DNA of 25,747 nucleotides from a virus. Its lineage: Duplodnaviria; Caudoviricetes. The stretch is from IMG/VR virus record IMGVR_UViG_3300048888_000013, positions 1-25,747 of that record, one strand, 5' to 3'. Position numbers and translations under genes: made by a program. A model generated the notes under the pieces. It saw only the letters and a program-made list of their open reading frames with translations, ran no database searches and was not told the DNA's origin. Of this stretch, positions 16,895 to 25,296 are shown piece after piece. Position 1 is the stretch's first letter. Each line of letters starts with the position of its first letter.

Positions 16895-17892
16895 AAGTCT
16901 TTATTTCCAGCGGCCACGGCTTGCACATACGCGGAGCGTCTGGCTCGCCGATCCCACCGTGCATGGACGAAGTCGATGAGGCGAGATTGATCACCGACGA
17001 GGTCGCGGTGCAGCTGCGCGCGCTCGGTGTTGAAGTGAAGGTGTTCCACGACAACACGTCGACCTCGCAGTCGACCAATTTGACGACCATCGTGAACGCG
17101 CACAATGGGTGGGGGCCTCACGATTGGGATATCAGCGTCCACATGAACGCCTACAATGGCACTGCGCACGGTGTTGAAACGCTGTACGTTTCAAACGCCG
17201 GCAAAGAGATGGCGCAGAAAATATCGGGTGCAATATGTACTGCTTCTGGCTTGACCCTTCGTGGGGACGCGGGTGCGGTGTACCGAAGCGACCTCAAATT
17301 TCTCAACTCGACTCTGGAGCCAGCCTGCCTCATCGAGGCGGGGTTCTGCGACAATCCAGACGACTGCGGCAAGCTCTCGTCGGCTTTCGCAAGTACTTGC
17401 TCCGCAATTGCAGGGGCTATAGCAGGACGCCAACCGGCCCCCGGCCCCGATCCCGGTCCTGATCCCGGCCCGCCGGCCGGCGTGTTGTTCAGTACGAGCG
17501 GTCGCGTCAGCTATTTCGGAGGCCCGTCCGATACCGGCGTAAGCCCTAGCGAGCAACTCGCATTCATCACAGATGAAATGCAGGCACCGCAATTATTTTT
17601 GCCATACCAGCCAGACGGGACGACCGGGCTAGCACGTCGACTAAATCCGTGGACGCCATACTGCGCCGCGCGTTGGGATTATGAAGACACGCCCAAGTCG
17701 ATGCTGCGCGACAGCGGGCAGCTCGCCCGTGTCACCAATCCTCGCACCGGAAATTTTATCGATTGTTGGCCCGCTGACTGGGGGCCACATTCTGACACTA
17801 ATCGGGTGATGGATTTAAGCCCGCTAGTGATGACGGTGCTCGACCTCACCACTGACAGTGAGGCCGAGCTAGTTTACCCGGCTCCCGATTAG
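16891..17892 (+). CDS. Endolysin: N-acetylmuramoyl-L-alanine amidase (Amidase_3) plus C-terminal double-psi beta-barrel-like domain
   Basis: Zn/catalytic motifs SSGHG, DEVDE, SVHMNA and LIEAGF. PGPD linker. DWGP....RVMDLSP motif. Confidence 0.88.
   Translation: MKVFISSGHGLHIRGASGSPIPPCMDEVDEARLITDEVAVQLRALGVEVKVFHDNTSTSQSTNLTTIVNAHNGWGPHDWDISVHMNAYNGTAHGVETLYVSNAGKEMAQKISGAICTASGLTLRGDAGAVYRSDLKFLNSTLEPACLIEAGFCDNPDDCGKLSSAFASTCSAIAGAIAGRQPAPGPDPGPDPGPPAGVLFSTSGRVSYFGGPSDTGVSPSEQLAFITDEMQAPQLFLPYQPDGTTGLARRLNPWTPYCAARWDYEDTPKSMLRDSGQLARVTNPRTGNFIDCWPADWGPHSDTNRVMDLSPLVMTVLDLTTDSEAELVYPAPD
17434..17478 (+). repeat. Coding tandem repeat (PAPGPDPGPDPGPP linker)
   Basis: Imperfect 12-nt units (cccggccccgat / cccggtcctgat / cccggcccgccg). 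Confidence 0.8.
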
Positions 17893-18170
17893 GGTTTGGC
17901 TGGGCCTTGCCGCACGACACGCGGCATTTGTTGTTGTTCTTCTGTCTGTTGGTTCTGCAGCTGTGGCCGTTCCCGTTCCGGCACGAACTTCCTGCGCTGC
18001 TCAAGATATGTTGCGCGGATTTTATCCAGCACTGCGACTTGCTGATCGAGCCACGCAACGTGCTCGCGTATTTCCTCCATCTGCACATAGCGGAGATCAT
18101 CCCCCTTGATCACGGCGTTTTCCGCCATCCGCTGCAATCCCACCACTAAGTCGGCCAACCGATCAGCCAT
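17889..18170 (-). CDS. Hypothetical coiled-coil protein (93 aa)
   Basis: TGATG-coupled to bet, with GAGG upstream. Helical charged sequence. Confidence 0.65.
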   Translation of the reverse strand: MADRLADLVVGLQRMAENAVIKGDDLRYVQMEEIREHVAWLDQQVAVLDKIRATYLEQRRKFVPERERPQLQNQQTEEQQQMPRVVRQGPAKP

Positions 18171-19081
18171 CACTCAGCCTCCTCTGCTGCCTTGTCGGCC
18201 GCGATCTGCAGCTCGGCTTCATCGACTAGGTCGTTGAGTTCCTGTCGTATCGTGTGGATTTGTGCCTGCTCCTGCTTCGTGCGCAGCCTCCAGAACTCGC
18301 GCATGGCGTCCGCGCCAAGTCCTGCTACCGCGCGTGCTGTGTCGAGGATAGAAGGTGCCGCCCCACCCGAAGGGGTGCCAGCAGATGGGGCGGCGTCTTC
18401 CACACCGGGAGATGCGACAACAACCGGCGCGGAAGATTGGGGACCAGAGGTCAGCTCGTATGGCTTCTGTGCATCAGGCTTCGGTGCCGGCGGCTCGATC
18501 TCCACCGTCTGCGCCTGTTCCATCTCATCTGAAGTGTACAAGCCAGAGAGTTCCTGTGGAAACGCTTTGCGCAGCGCGAGCGCCTCGGCGCATTTCGCCA
18601 GCATCACGTCGGGCATGCTCGTCCACGTCTTCGTCGCCTTGCCTTCCTTGTTCGTCTGCACATACGAACCGAAGCGTGCGACGCCCCAGCATGGCTGGCT
18701 GAAGTCGCTGCGCAGCACACCGACGCGCGCAGCCGTAGGGGGATAGGTTTCCACCCACACATCCTGCCAGACGCCATCCTTGCTGCACCAGAACGGTCCC
18801 TCTTGGCCGGCATACTTTCCGCTGCGCTCGGCGATCAGCCGAAAGCCATCGATGGACACTTGGATGCCCATCACTTCGCGGCGCTGTATCCCATCCCACC
18901 GCTTGATCGCGTAGATTTGCCGCGAGAGCGGATCGAGCCCGGTGCGTTCGCACTGGTACAGGAACAGCTTGAGTTCGTTGTCGGTCGATCCCTTGCAGAT
19001 CGTGTCCTTGATGAGCTGCAGCTGCTCGTCACTGAACCGGCTGGTGATCGTCGTTTGCTTCATCTTCGCTGGTACGTTCAT
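18170..19081 (-). CDS. bet: Single-strand annealing protein Bet (RecT/Redbeta family)
   Basis: [40 protein letters not shown] and [27 protein letters not shown] before ATG 19081. Confidence 0.93.
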   Translation of the reverse strand: MNVPAKMKQTTITSRFSDEQLQLIKDTICKGSTDNELKLFLYQCERTGLDPLSRQIYAIKRWDGIQRREVMGIQVSIDGFRLIAERSGKYAGQEGPFWCSKDGVWQDVWVETYPPTAARVGVLRSDFSQPCWGVARFGSYVQTNKEGKATKTWTSMPDVMLAKCAEALALRKAFPQELSGLYTSDEMEQAQTVEIEPPAPKPDAQKPYELTSGPQSSAPVVVASPGVEDAAPSAGTPSGGAAPSILDTARAVAGLGADAMREFWRLRTKQEQAQIHTIRQELNDLVDEAELQIAADKAAEEAE

Positions 19082-19343
19082 CTCGCATCTCCAGTTTGAA
19101 AATTTCAACGGTGCTTGCAGTCAGTGGTCGATTTGGTCTGCCGTCAGGCCGATAGGGTCTGACGGTCGAGCGTGTTCGCCAAAACTTCATTGCGTCGCGC
19201 AATGTGTCGAAGCGTTTGGCCAGCTTCACGTCGTATGCGAAGGTGCCGAAGCCTTTGCCGCCCTCCGCATCAAAATCGAAGTCGACCAGATACTGTCCCT
19301 CGATCTGCCAAGGTGAGTGCATCTGGATAACGTAGGCTCTCAT
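19029..19343 (-). CDS. Hypothetical protein (104 aa)
   Basis: ATGA coupling to the exonuclease stop. Fills the exo-bet gap. Protein-like sequence (MRAYVIQM...[12 protein letters not shown]). Confidence 0.65.
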   Translation of the reverse strand: MRAYVIQMHSPWQIEGQYLVDFDFDAEGGKGFGTFAYDVKLAKRFDTLRDAMKFWRTRSTVRPYRPDGRPNRPLTASTVEIFKLEMRDERTSEDEANDDHQPVQ

Positions 19344-20131
19344 TCCGCCTTCTCCCGCAGAGCCAGATGACCGGCGCGGTTGCGCGTGATCTGCACGCCA
19401 TACCCGAAGCATTTCTTCGCGTCGGCCGGCACCATACTCTTGAGTATCTTCGCGGCGTCGTCGTAGGCGGCTGCGCTGTCGCGCAGCTGCAGCCAGATGT
19501 CGGCGTGATGCGCGAACTCGTTGTTACCCTGCATGTCGTAGACTGCAGTGGCATCGATGGGCGCTGGCACCGCCGGCAGATCGACCGGCGGCGTGCCGTT
19601 GCGAACGTGCTCGATGAATTGCTGGCCTCGGAAGACCATCACAGCGGCATAGTCGGCATCGCGTTTGATGAACTCCACGACCGGCTCGGCGGTGCCCATG
19701 ATGACCGACAGCGCGCATTGGTCTGCGCCGGTCACCTCGCACTGCCACTGCATCTGCGGCTGATAGCGGTCGATGATGACCTCGATGGGCTCTCGTCCAC
19801 CGACGTGCTTGCACTCCAGCGGGCACTGCAGATCGTCCACCCAGCCGTCGAGCGTGCAGACTGCCCAATCATAGCGAACGTGCGAAACGACGTCGCCGAT
19901 CCGGCTGATGTGCATGCGCTGCTTGCGCTCAAACCAGCGGACATTGAGTGGCTCGGTGGCGACGCCGAGCTGCACGGGCCAGACGTCATCGAGGTCGTCG
20001 GGAATTGACTGCCCGGTTTTCTCCCGCCAGAGCTTGTCGATTGCCAGTGCGTCGCCATCCATCAGGGGTTTCATGTCGCTGCCGCCGAGCTTGCCCATGC
20101 GGGCGGCAATCTGTGCTGCGTTGAGTGCCAT
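19340..20131 (-). CDS. YqaJ-like viral recombinase / lambda-type 5'-3' exonuclease
   Basis: R...LGGSD, G...EP, TLDG, LECK and YQPQMQWQ motifs. Start 20131 overlaps the upstream TGA. Confidence 0.9.
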   Translation of the reverse strand: MALNAAQIAARMGKLGGSDMKPLMDGDALAIDKLWREKTGQSIPDDLDDVWPVQLGVATEPLNVRWFERKQRMHISRIGDVVSHVRYDWAVCTLDGWVDDLQCPLECKHVGGREPIEVIIDRYQPQMQWQCEVTGADQCALSVIMGTAEPVVEFIKRDADYAAVMVFRGQQFIEHVRNGTPPVDLPAVPAPIDATAVYDMQGNNEFAHHADIWLQLRDSAAAYDDAAKILKSMVPADAKKCFGYGVQITRNRAGHLALREKAE

Positions 20132-20619
20132 CAGGTCACCTTGCCTCCTTGTGTTGGCTTGCGCGGAGCGTACATCTCGATCTTCTCCATCGGGCTCATC
20201 GGGGCTTTCTTCTCCACCGGCTCGCACTCGATCTTCATCGGGATGTTGTGGCGCAGCCGCGTCTGTGCTCCGCGCGCCTGCAGCTCCTCGCCGATCTTGC
20301 GCAGTACTTGCTGCTCGGATTGGCCGTGAGTGCTGGCATCGACTGTGATGTGAAAACGCTGCGTCGGTGCGAGCGGGGCATCACGCTGCGAGCGTACCGA
20401 GACTTTCGCCTGCGGGTGATGTTGGCTGTTCTCGACTGCGTAGCACGGTGGCTTGATCTTCGTGCTGTCGCAGCGGGTGCGCGATGTCGGTAGGTTCAAC
20501 TGCTGACAGACAAGGTCGTGCGCCATGTCGTGGCTCTCGGCCAAGACCAACACCTTGCCGGTTTCCACCATCCCATTTGCATGGTTGGTGATGTAGTCGA
20601 CGCGGAACATGTGTGACAT
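20131..20619 (-). CDS. Hypothetical protein (162 aa)
   Basis: TGATG-coupled on both sides within the leftward operon. Confidence 0.7.
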   Translation of the reverse strand: MSHMFRVDYITNHANGMVETGKVLVLAESHDMAHDLVCQQLNLPTSRTRCDSTKIKPPCYAVENSQHHPQAKVSVRSQRDAPLAPTQRFHITVDASTHGQSEQQVLRKIGEELQARGAQTRLRHNIPMKIECEPVEKKAPMSPMEKIEMYAPRKPTQGGKVT

Positions 20620-21107
20620 CAAACCCCCTTTGCCATTGCTTCTGCGAGCGACGCGAACTTATTCATTGAGAGGAAGCGCCCGATGTCGACGCTGGCGTTC
20701 GCCTTTGCCTGCGTCTGCATCGCCTTCTTCTCTTTCAGGCTTGCATTAGCGAACCAGTGTTCTGGTGTTGCCTGCAGCGACGGCACCCAGACCGCATCCG
20801 TTCCATCGCTGATCGCGGTCCAGCGCGGTATCTTGCCGAGCGCGGCGACGATCTCCGATGGTGTGGCAGCTGGCATGCGGAACCGGGCTTCATGCTCGGT
20901 CAGCCCCATCTTGAACTGACGCGATACCTCGCCATCGATCAGTGCTTGCAGCGCCATCATCATGGTGGCGTGACTGAACTTACCGGGCGCGGTTTCGAGC
21001 TTGCGCATCACCAAGCCGACGACCTCGCGCTTGGTGGTCTTGCCGGCGCGCGCCTTCACCTTAAGCGCCGCCGCGACTGACTTGATGATGAGATCGGGGG
21101 TGGGCAT
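20619..21107 (-). CDS. Hypothetical basic protein (162 aa)
   Basis: GGGAG RBS and tight operon packing. Confidence 0.75.
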   Translation of the reverse strand: MPTPDLIIKSVAAALKVKARAGKTTKREVVGLVMRKLETAPGKFSHATMMMALQALIDGEVSRQFKMGLTEHEARFRMPAATPSEIVAALGKIPRWTAISDGTDAVWVPSLQATPEHWFANASLKEKKAMQTQAKANASVDIGRFLSMNKFASLAEAMAKGV

Positions 21108-21113
21108 CGGGCA

Positions 21114-21827
21114 TCACTCCCGCGCTTCCCACGCCTCGCTCAATCCCTGCAGCCACTTCAATGCATCTTTGATGACGTGCTGCTCCTCGACGGTCCAAAG
21201 CTGGTGCGGCATGGCGTAGTCGAGGAACTGCCGCCCGGTGAGGTGGATGCCGGCGAGGGTGTTGAGCGCCTTCCGCACGCCGTAGACCATCGTGCGCCTG
21301 TCTTCGCCTTCCTTGGCGCGGCCGGGATCGGTGCCGAAATAGATGTAGCCGTCGCTGGCTAGGACCGGAGTGCCTTCTTCCTTCGCTTGCTGATTGGCTT
21401 CCTTCGGCGTCGGGAGCTTGTGCGCCTTTGCTATTTTCTTGGCATCCGCACTACTGAGCCGCTCGCCTTTTTCTGAGCGGCTGATTGCTTCCAGCCGCGC
21501 CGTTTCCGGCACAAGGTTGCGGCTGAGTATCTTCATTACCTGTGATGACATTCGAGGTTCGCGCGCGCGACCGCCGAACTTTTCGTAGATTTGGATGAGA
21601 TTGGTGATGTGACCTTTGGACAGGCCGGTTGTCTTTATCGCCCATCTTAAGAAACCGGGGCGCTCGTATGGTCGCTTGGGATTGACCGGGAATGTCTCTT
21701 CTGCCTCGACCAACTCGCGACCGAGCGCCAGCGTGTTGGCCGTCCAAGTGACCATCAGCTCCTTGATGCGCTTGGCCGCGTTGTCCCGATATGTTTCGAC
21801 GGTGTCTATGGTTGCTAGCGCGCCCAT
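21114..21827 (-). CDS. DUF3102-like putative DNA-binding protein (237 aa)
   Basis: GGAG RBS before ATG 21827. LGRELVEA...GFLRWA...GLSKGHITNLIQIYEKFG resembles the DUF3102 HTH region. Confidence 0.6.
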   Translation of the reverse strand: MGALATIDTVETYRDNAAKRIKELMVTWTANTLALGRELVEAEETFPVNPKRPYERPGFLRWAIKTTGLSKGHITNLIQIYEKFGGRAREPRMSSQVMKILSRNLVPETARLEAISRSEKGERLSSADAKKIAKAHKLPTPKEANQQAKEEGTPVLASDGYIYFGTDPGRAKEGEDRRTMVYGVRKALNTLAGIHLTGRQFLDYAMPHQLWTVEEQHVIKDALKWLQGLSEAWEARE

Positions 21828-21828
21828 A

Positions 21829-21857
21829 TTGTCTCCAATCCAGAAAAGTTGTACGAA
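21829..21857 (+). promoter_or_regulatory. Candidate rightward early promoter
   Basis: TTGTCT-N17-TACGAA upstream of the cro-like gene. Confidence 0.4.
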
Positions 21858-21863
21858 AGGGGA

Positions 21864-21892
21864 ACGGTAAAGGAAACCTGTATGAGGGTCAA
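21864..21892 (-). promoter_or_regulatory. Candidate leftward early promoter
   Basis: TTGACC-N17-TACCGT on the minus strand, upstream of the DUF3102-like gene. Confidence 0.5.
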
Positions 21893-21893
21893 C

Positions 21894-22142
21894 ATGGCGA
21901 CGAAGGCCAAACGCAAGCGCAAATATGTCAGGCTGAAGCCGCTCAACAACATCGATCAGGTCATCAAGGCTCTCGGCGACAACCAAGGTCTGGCCGAGCT
22001 GACCGGCAAGACGACGCAGCACGTCAGCAATTGGCGGGCCTTTGGGCGACTGCCGAGGAAGTTCTACATTCCGCTGCAGCGCCGGCTGACAAGGCTCGGC
22101 TACAAGGCACCGCCGGAAATCTGGGGTATGGTCGACCAGTGA
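21894..22142 (+). CDS. Cro-like HTH regulator (82 aa)
   Basis: IDQVIKALGDNQGLAELTGKTTQHVSNWRAFGRLP is a Cro/YdaS-type HTH. GAGGG RBS. First gene of the rightward operon. Confidence 0.8.
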   Translation: MATKAKRKRKYVRLKPLNNIDQVIKALGDNQGLAELTGKTTQHVSNWRAFGRLPRKFYIPLQRRLTRLGYKAPPEIWGMVDQ

Positions 22143-22147
22143 GGCGG

Positions 22148-22507
22148 ATGATCCGCAAGCGGCGCGCGCAGCCCGAGGCCCAGATACAGCGCGCGGTGTG
22201 GGAACACATCCTCTACCGGGCGCGACCGGGCTGGAAGTTCTGGTCGACGCCCAACGCGGGCAAGCGCAGCCTGCGGATGGGGGCCGAGCTGAAGGCGCAG
22301 GGCATGACGGCCGGCGTCGGCGATCTCAGCATCGTGTCGCCGAGCGGTCGCTACCATGAATTGGAACTGAAGACGCCGCTTGGGAGGCTCTCGCCGGCCC
22401 AGCGCAAGCGTCAGGATGAGCTGAAACAGTCGGGGGTGATCTGTGCCGTGGCCTACGGCTTGGACGCGGCCTTGGCGATCCTGACGGGCTGGGGTGCCAT
22501 TCGGTGA
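22148..22507 (+). CDS. VRR-NUC domain nuclease (probable resolvase/flap endonuclease)
   Basis: EAQIQ, PNAGKRS, GMTAGVGDL and LELKTPLGRLSPAQ motifs. Confidence 0.88.
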   Translation: MIRKRRAQPEAQIQRAVWEHILYRARPGWKFWSTPNAGKRSLRMGAELKAQGMTAGVGDLSIVSPSGRYHELELKTPLGRLSPAQRKRQDELKQSGVICAVAYGLDAALAILTGWGAIR

Positions 22508-22593
22508 TTGCGGGGACAACCCGGCGGATCGGACTTGCGCCGGCCGGCGAACGGGTGGAGCTTGCGATCTTCTCCTGCGGCGAGGGCACCCCC

Positions 22594-23178
22594 ATGATCG
22601 TGACTGTGGCGCTACTGCGCGCGGCTGGGCTGACCGAGGTTCAGATCAATCGCGTGACGGAACTTGCTGACGCCGAGGTAACCGAGAAGCGCCGCGCACA
22701 AAACCGGATAGCTCAACAAAATCATAGAGCGCGTAAGCATATGACTGCTGACGGTCAGCAATGTCATGCTGACAGTGCTGACAGGGGATATACTTCTTCT
22801 TCCTTACTTACTTCCCTTCCTTCTATCGATAGACCTCTTTCTGTTGCCGCGCGCGTGAGCAATTGGCCGCGCGACTACCGCGAGCAATTCTGGGCGGCAT
22901 ATCCGAAAAAGAGGGAACAGCCCTACGCGCTGAAGTGCCTCGACAAGGTTCGCCGATCTGGTGAGGTTACGTTCGCGGCGCTAATGGCCGGCGTCGCGCG
23001 CATCGACCGCGCCGATCCGAAGTTCATCAAGAACCCGTCGACATGGCTGAACCGTGGGTGCTGGACCGATGGCGAGGGCGCTACGGCCGAGGTCGACAAG
23101 ACTGACTACACGCTGCTGGAACAATTCCATGCGGCAAACCGGAGGAGGGCAGCAAATGGCGAAACGAAAACTCGGTGA
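22594..23178 (+). CDS. Replication initiator-like protein
   Basis: KRRAQNRIAQQNHRARK helix, low-complexity linker with DNA repeats, and C-terminal FWAAYPKK...IKNPSTWLN..CWTD. GAGGG RBS before ATG 22594 (alternative GTG 22504). Confidence 0.75.
   Translation: MIVTVALLRAAGLTEVQINRVTELADAEVTEKRRAQNRIAQQNHRARKHMTADGQQCHADSADRGYTSSSLLTSLPSIDRPLSVAARVSNWPRDYREQFWAAYPKKREQPYALKCLDKVRRSGEVTFAALMAGVARIDRADPKFIKNPSTWLNRGCWTDGEGATAEVDKTDYTLLEQFHAANRRRAANGETKTR
22741..22842. other. Putative replication origin inside the initiator gene
   Basis: TGCTGAC at 22746, 22767 and 22776, an inverted copy at 22754, a pyrimidine tract at 22793-22823 and the palindrome TCTATCGATAGA at 22822-22833. Confidence 0.6.
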
Positions 23179-23464
23179 CATACCGGATCGGATCAAGGGT
23201 CAGCCGGTCACGTTGGCGAACTACGATCTCAAGATGGAGTGGTACGGCGCAATCATTAAAAAATGGGGAGACAACTGGCCGTTCTTGAGCCACGACGAGG
23301 ATGCCCATCCTGCAACAGGCGATGAGATCGCATGGGATCGCTATTTCCGCCAACATCTCGGCGGTTACCCCAAGAGCTATCAGTTGTTCAGGAAAGACGT
23401 GATGAAGTTCTACAACGTCCCTGAAAAGTATCCTGAGTTGTTCGACATGGACTACAAGCCATGA
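23156..23464 (+). CDS. Hypothetical protein (102 aa)
   Basis: GGAGGAGG RBS before ATG 23156. Aromatic-rich globular sequence. Confidence 0.75.
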   Translation: MAKRKLGDIPDRIKGQPVTLANYDLKMEWYGAIIKKWGDNWPFLSHDEDAHPATGDEIAWDRYFRQHLGGYPKSYQLFRKDVMKFYNVPEKYPELFDMDYKP

Positions 23465-23694
23465 GGCACCAACAGGAGTTCTGCAATCTGTTCGTTGCGC
23501 GCGGTCGACCGGGCTTTGACAAGATGGTCGAGCTGGCGCACGCCGGGGCGCTGGGGGCATGGGCTGCGCCGCTCTACGCGAACGTGGGGCGGCAGCTCGA
23601 TCCCAAGGATTACTGGCGCTGGGACGCGGAGCGTGACGGCATTCACGTCAACCTGAAGGATTATCTTGAACACGTCCGCACGCCGACGAGGTGA
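23461..23694 (+). CDS. Hypothetical protein (77 aa)
   Basis: ATGA coupling; fills the operon gap. Confidence 0.65.
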   Translation: MRHQQEFCNLFVARGRPGFDKMVELAHAGALGAWAAPLYANVGRQLDPKDYWRWDAERDGIHVNLKDYLEHVRTPTR

Positions 23695-23697
23695 GCC

Positions 23698-24135
23698 ATG
23701 ACCGACGTTCGCCCGATCTACGAAACGCCGGAAAACCGCGCAGCGGAAGCGGAGATCGCGGCTGTGATCGAGCGCACATGGTCGTGCGATCTGCACAAGC
23801 TGCCGATGCACTACAAGCTCGACTACATGGCGAGCAAGCACGACCAGCTCGTTGCTTGGCTAGAGGTCAAGCGCCGGCATTGCAACCGGGACACTTACGA
23901 AACGATCTACCTGTCGCTGATCAAGGTGATGGCGGCGCACTCGTTGCGCAGCATCACCGGCAAGCGGTGCTTTTTCATCGTGCAGTTCAACGATTGCCTT
24001 GCATATGCGGACATTCTCGGCGAGAGGACGGTGAGCTTCGGCGGTCGCACTGATCGCGGCGATTGGCAGGACGAGGAGCCGCTGGTCCTGATCCCCAAGT
24101 CGGACTTCACGATCATCAAACCAAGGGGCGAGTGA
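23698..24135 (+). CDS. PD-(D/E)XK-fold nuclease-like protein
   Basis: YKLDY....WLEVKRR motif and GAGGTG RBS. Confidence 0.7.
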   Translation: MTDVRPIYETPENRAAEAEIAAVIERTWSCDLHKLPMHYKLDYMASKHDQLVAWLEVKRRHCNRDTYETIYLSLIKVMAAHSLRSITGKRCFFIVQFNDCLAYADILGERTVSFGGRTDRGDWQDEEPLVLIPKSDFTIIKPRGE

Positions 24136-24716
24136 TGTCACGAACCACCGGAGCCGGCAGGCACGACCTCTCGCGAGTGCCCGAGCCGCCCGGTGGTTTC
24201 CCCTCGGTGCCGACGTCAGTCCACAACACGGCACGCACGTTGACGCCGGTCGCGGTGGTCGACGTTTACGATGCCCGCCGCCGGCAGCGCGCGCTGGCGC
24301 GGATCGATCTCCTCGACCGCGAGCGCCGGGATCGGACGCTGGATGAGGCGAGCTATCTGGTTGGGCGCGAGGTCGAGCGGGTATTCGAGCAGATGACGCG
24401 GGTGTCGGGTGGTGGGCAGTGGTGTGAGGGCGACCGGCTGGACCCGGCGACGCAAGCCGAGGTGGCGGCGATCCTTGGGATCGAGCGCGCTCACATGGTC
24501 AATGCGTTCCTTGGGTGGCTGGTCCGGCACATCGGGCAGCGGGACACGGTGCTGCTGTGGCGGGTGCTGGGGCTGCGGTGGTCGTTTGGGGTGGCGGCGG
24601 TCGCTGCCGGCCGGCTGGACCGGCGCGGCAAGCGATACACCATCGACAGGTTCCGCGACGCCTTGGCTGTTCTAGCCGAGGCGAAGGCGGCGAAGGGGCG
24701 TGAGCTGCGGAGGTAG
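24135..24716 (+). CDS. Putative late-gene regulator / antiterminator at the Q position
   Basis: TGATG coupling; last gene of the replication operon. C-terminal LLWRVLGLRWSF...RFRDALAVLA resembles a sigma-4-like HTH. Confidence 0.55.
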   Translation: MSRTTGAGRHDLSRVPEPPGGFPSVPTSVHNTARTLTPVAVVDVYDARRRQRALARIDLLDRERRDRTLDEASYLVGREVERVFEQMTRVSGGGQWCEGDRLDPATQAEVAAILGIERAHMVNAFLGWLVRHIGQRDTVLLWRVLGLRWSFGVAAVAAGRLDRRGKRYTIDRFRDALAVLAEAKAAKGRELRR

Positions 24717-24777
24717 CGGCGGCCTTACGCGCGAACGCTGCCGCCGCCCTCCGATCAGGCCTTGGGCCTGATGGGGA
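24716..24777. terminator. Tandem hairpins between convergent genes
   Basis: GCGGCGGC / GCTGCCGC (24716-24744) and the perfect ATCAGGCC-TTG-GGCCTGAT (24754-24772). No U-tract on either strand. Confidence 0.45.
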
Positions 24778-24981
24778 TCAGGTTGAGTTCTTCGCGATCC
24801 AGCGGGTAATGGCGTGCTTGCTGGCCATGAGCTTCCAGCCCCACTTGCCAATCGGCAGGGTTTTCTGCCGTGCGGCGTGATAGACCATCGCCTTTGAAAT
24901 CCCGAGAAACTTGGCGATTTCGCCGGCTCCAAGCAGCATATCCTCGGCGGCTATTTCCTTGAGTTTATCGGCGTTTTCCAT
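24778..24981 (-). CDS. xis: Excisionase-like winged-HTH protein (67 aa)
   Basis: GAGGAGG RBS before ATG 24981. LLGAGEIAKFLGISKAMVYH....LPIGKWG..LMASK. Adjacent to the integrase. Confidence 0.75.
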   Translation of the reverse strand: MENADKLKEIAAEDMLLGAGEIAKFLGISKAMVYHAARQKTLPIGKWGWKLMASKHAITRWIAKNST

Positions 24982-25267
24982 TGGTGCCTCCTCTCCGCAC
25001 CTTGCAGCTGTTCGCCGCGCTTCGCAGCATCTATCGATCCTTATCCCCAACATCAACGTGTGACGTATTGGTGCCGGATAGCCGCCGCTGTGGGTGGCTA
25101 GGTACTGAGAAAGCTCGATAATTCCTGACAAGACCGGATAAAGGTGTGCCAAGGGCCAAAACAGCAAGAAACCCTTATTCTATGGGCATAAGTGTAATTG
25201 TTTCGTACAAAATGATGCGTTTCCGAAGGACGCAGCAGTGCATTGAAATCATTGGGAAATTAAAAAG

Positions 25268-25296
25268 CTTGTCGTAATTTTGTGACGTGCTATTTC
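25268..25296 (+). promoter_or_regulatory. Candidate integrase promoter
   Basis: CTTGTCG-N16-TATTTC with an extended -10 TG (25288-25289) and an AT-rich upstream element. Confidence 0.5.

Noticed and set aside
17907-18149. Hydrophobic 80-aa ORF after the endolysin as a holin
   Set aside because: TTG start without an RBS, and fully antisense to a coupled minus-strand gene whose Gln/Glu codons explain the hydrophobicity.
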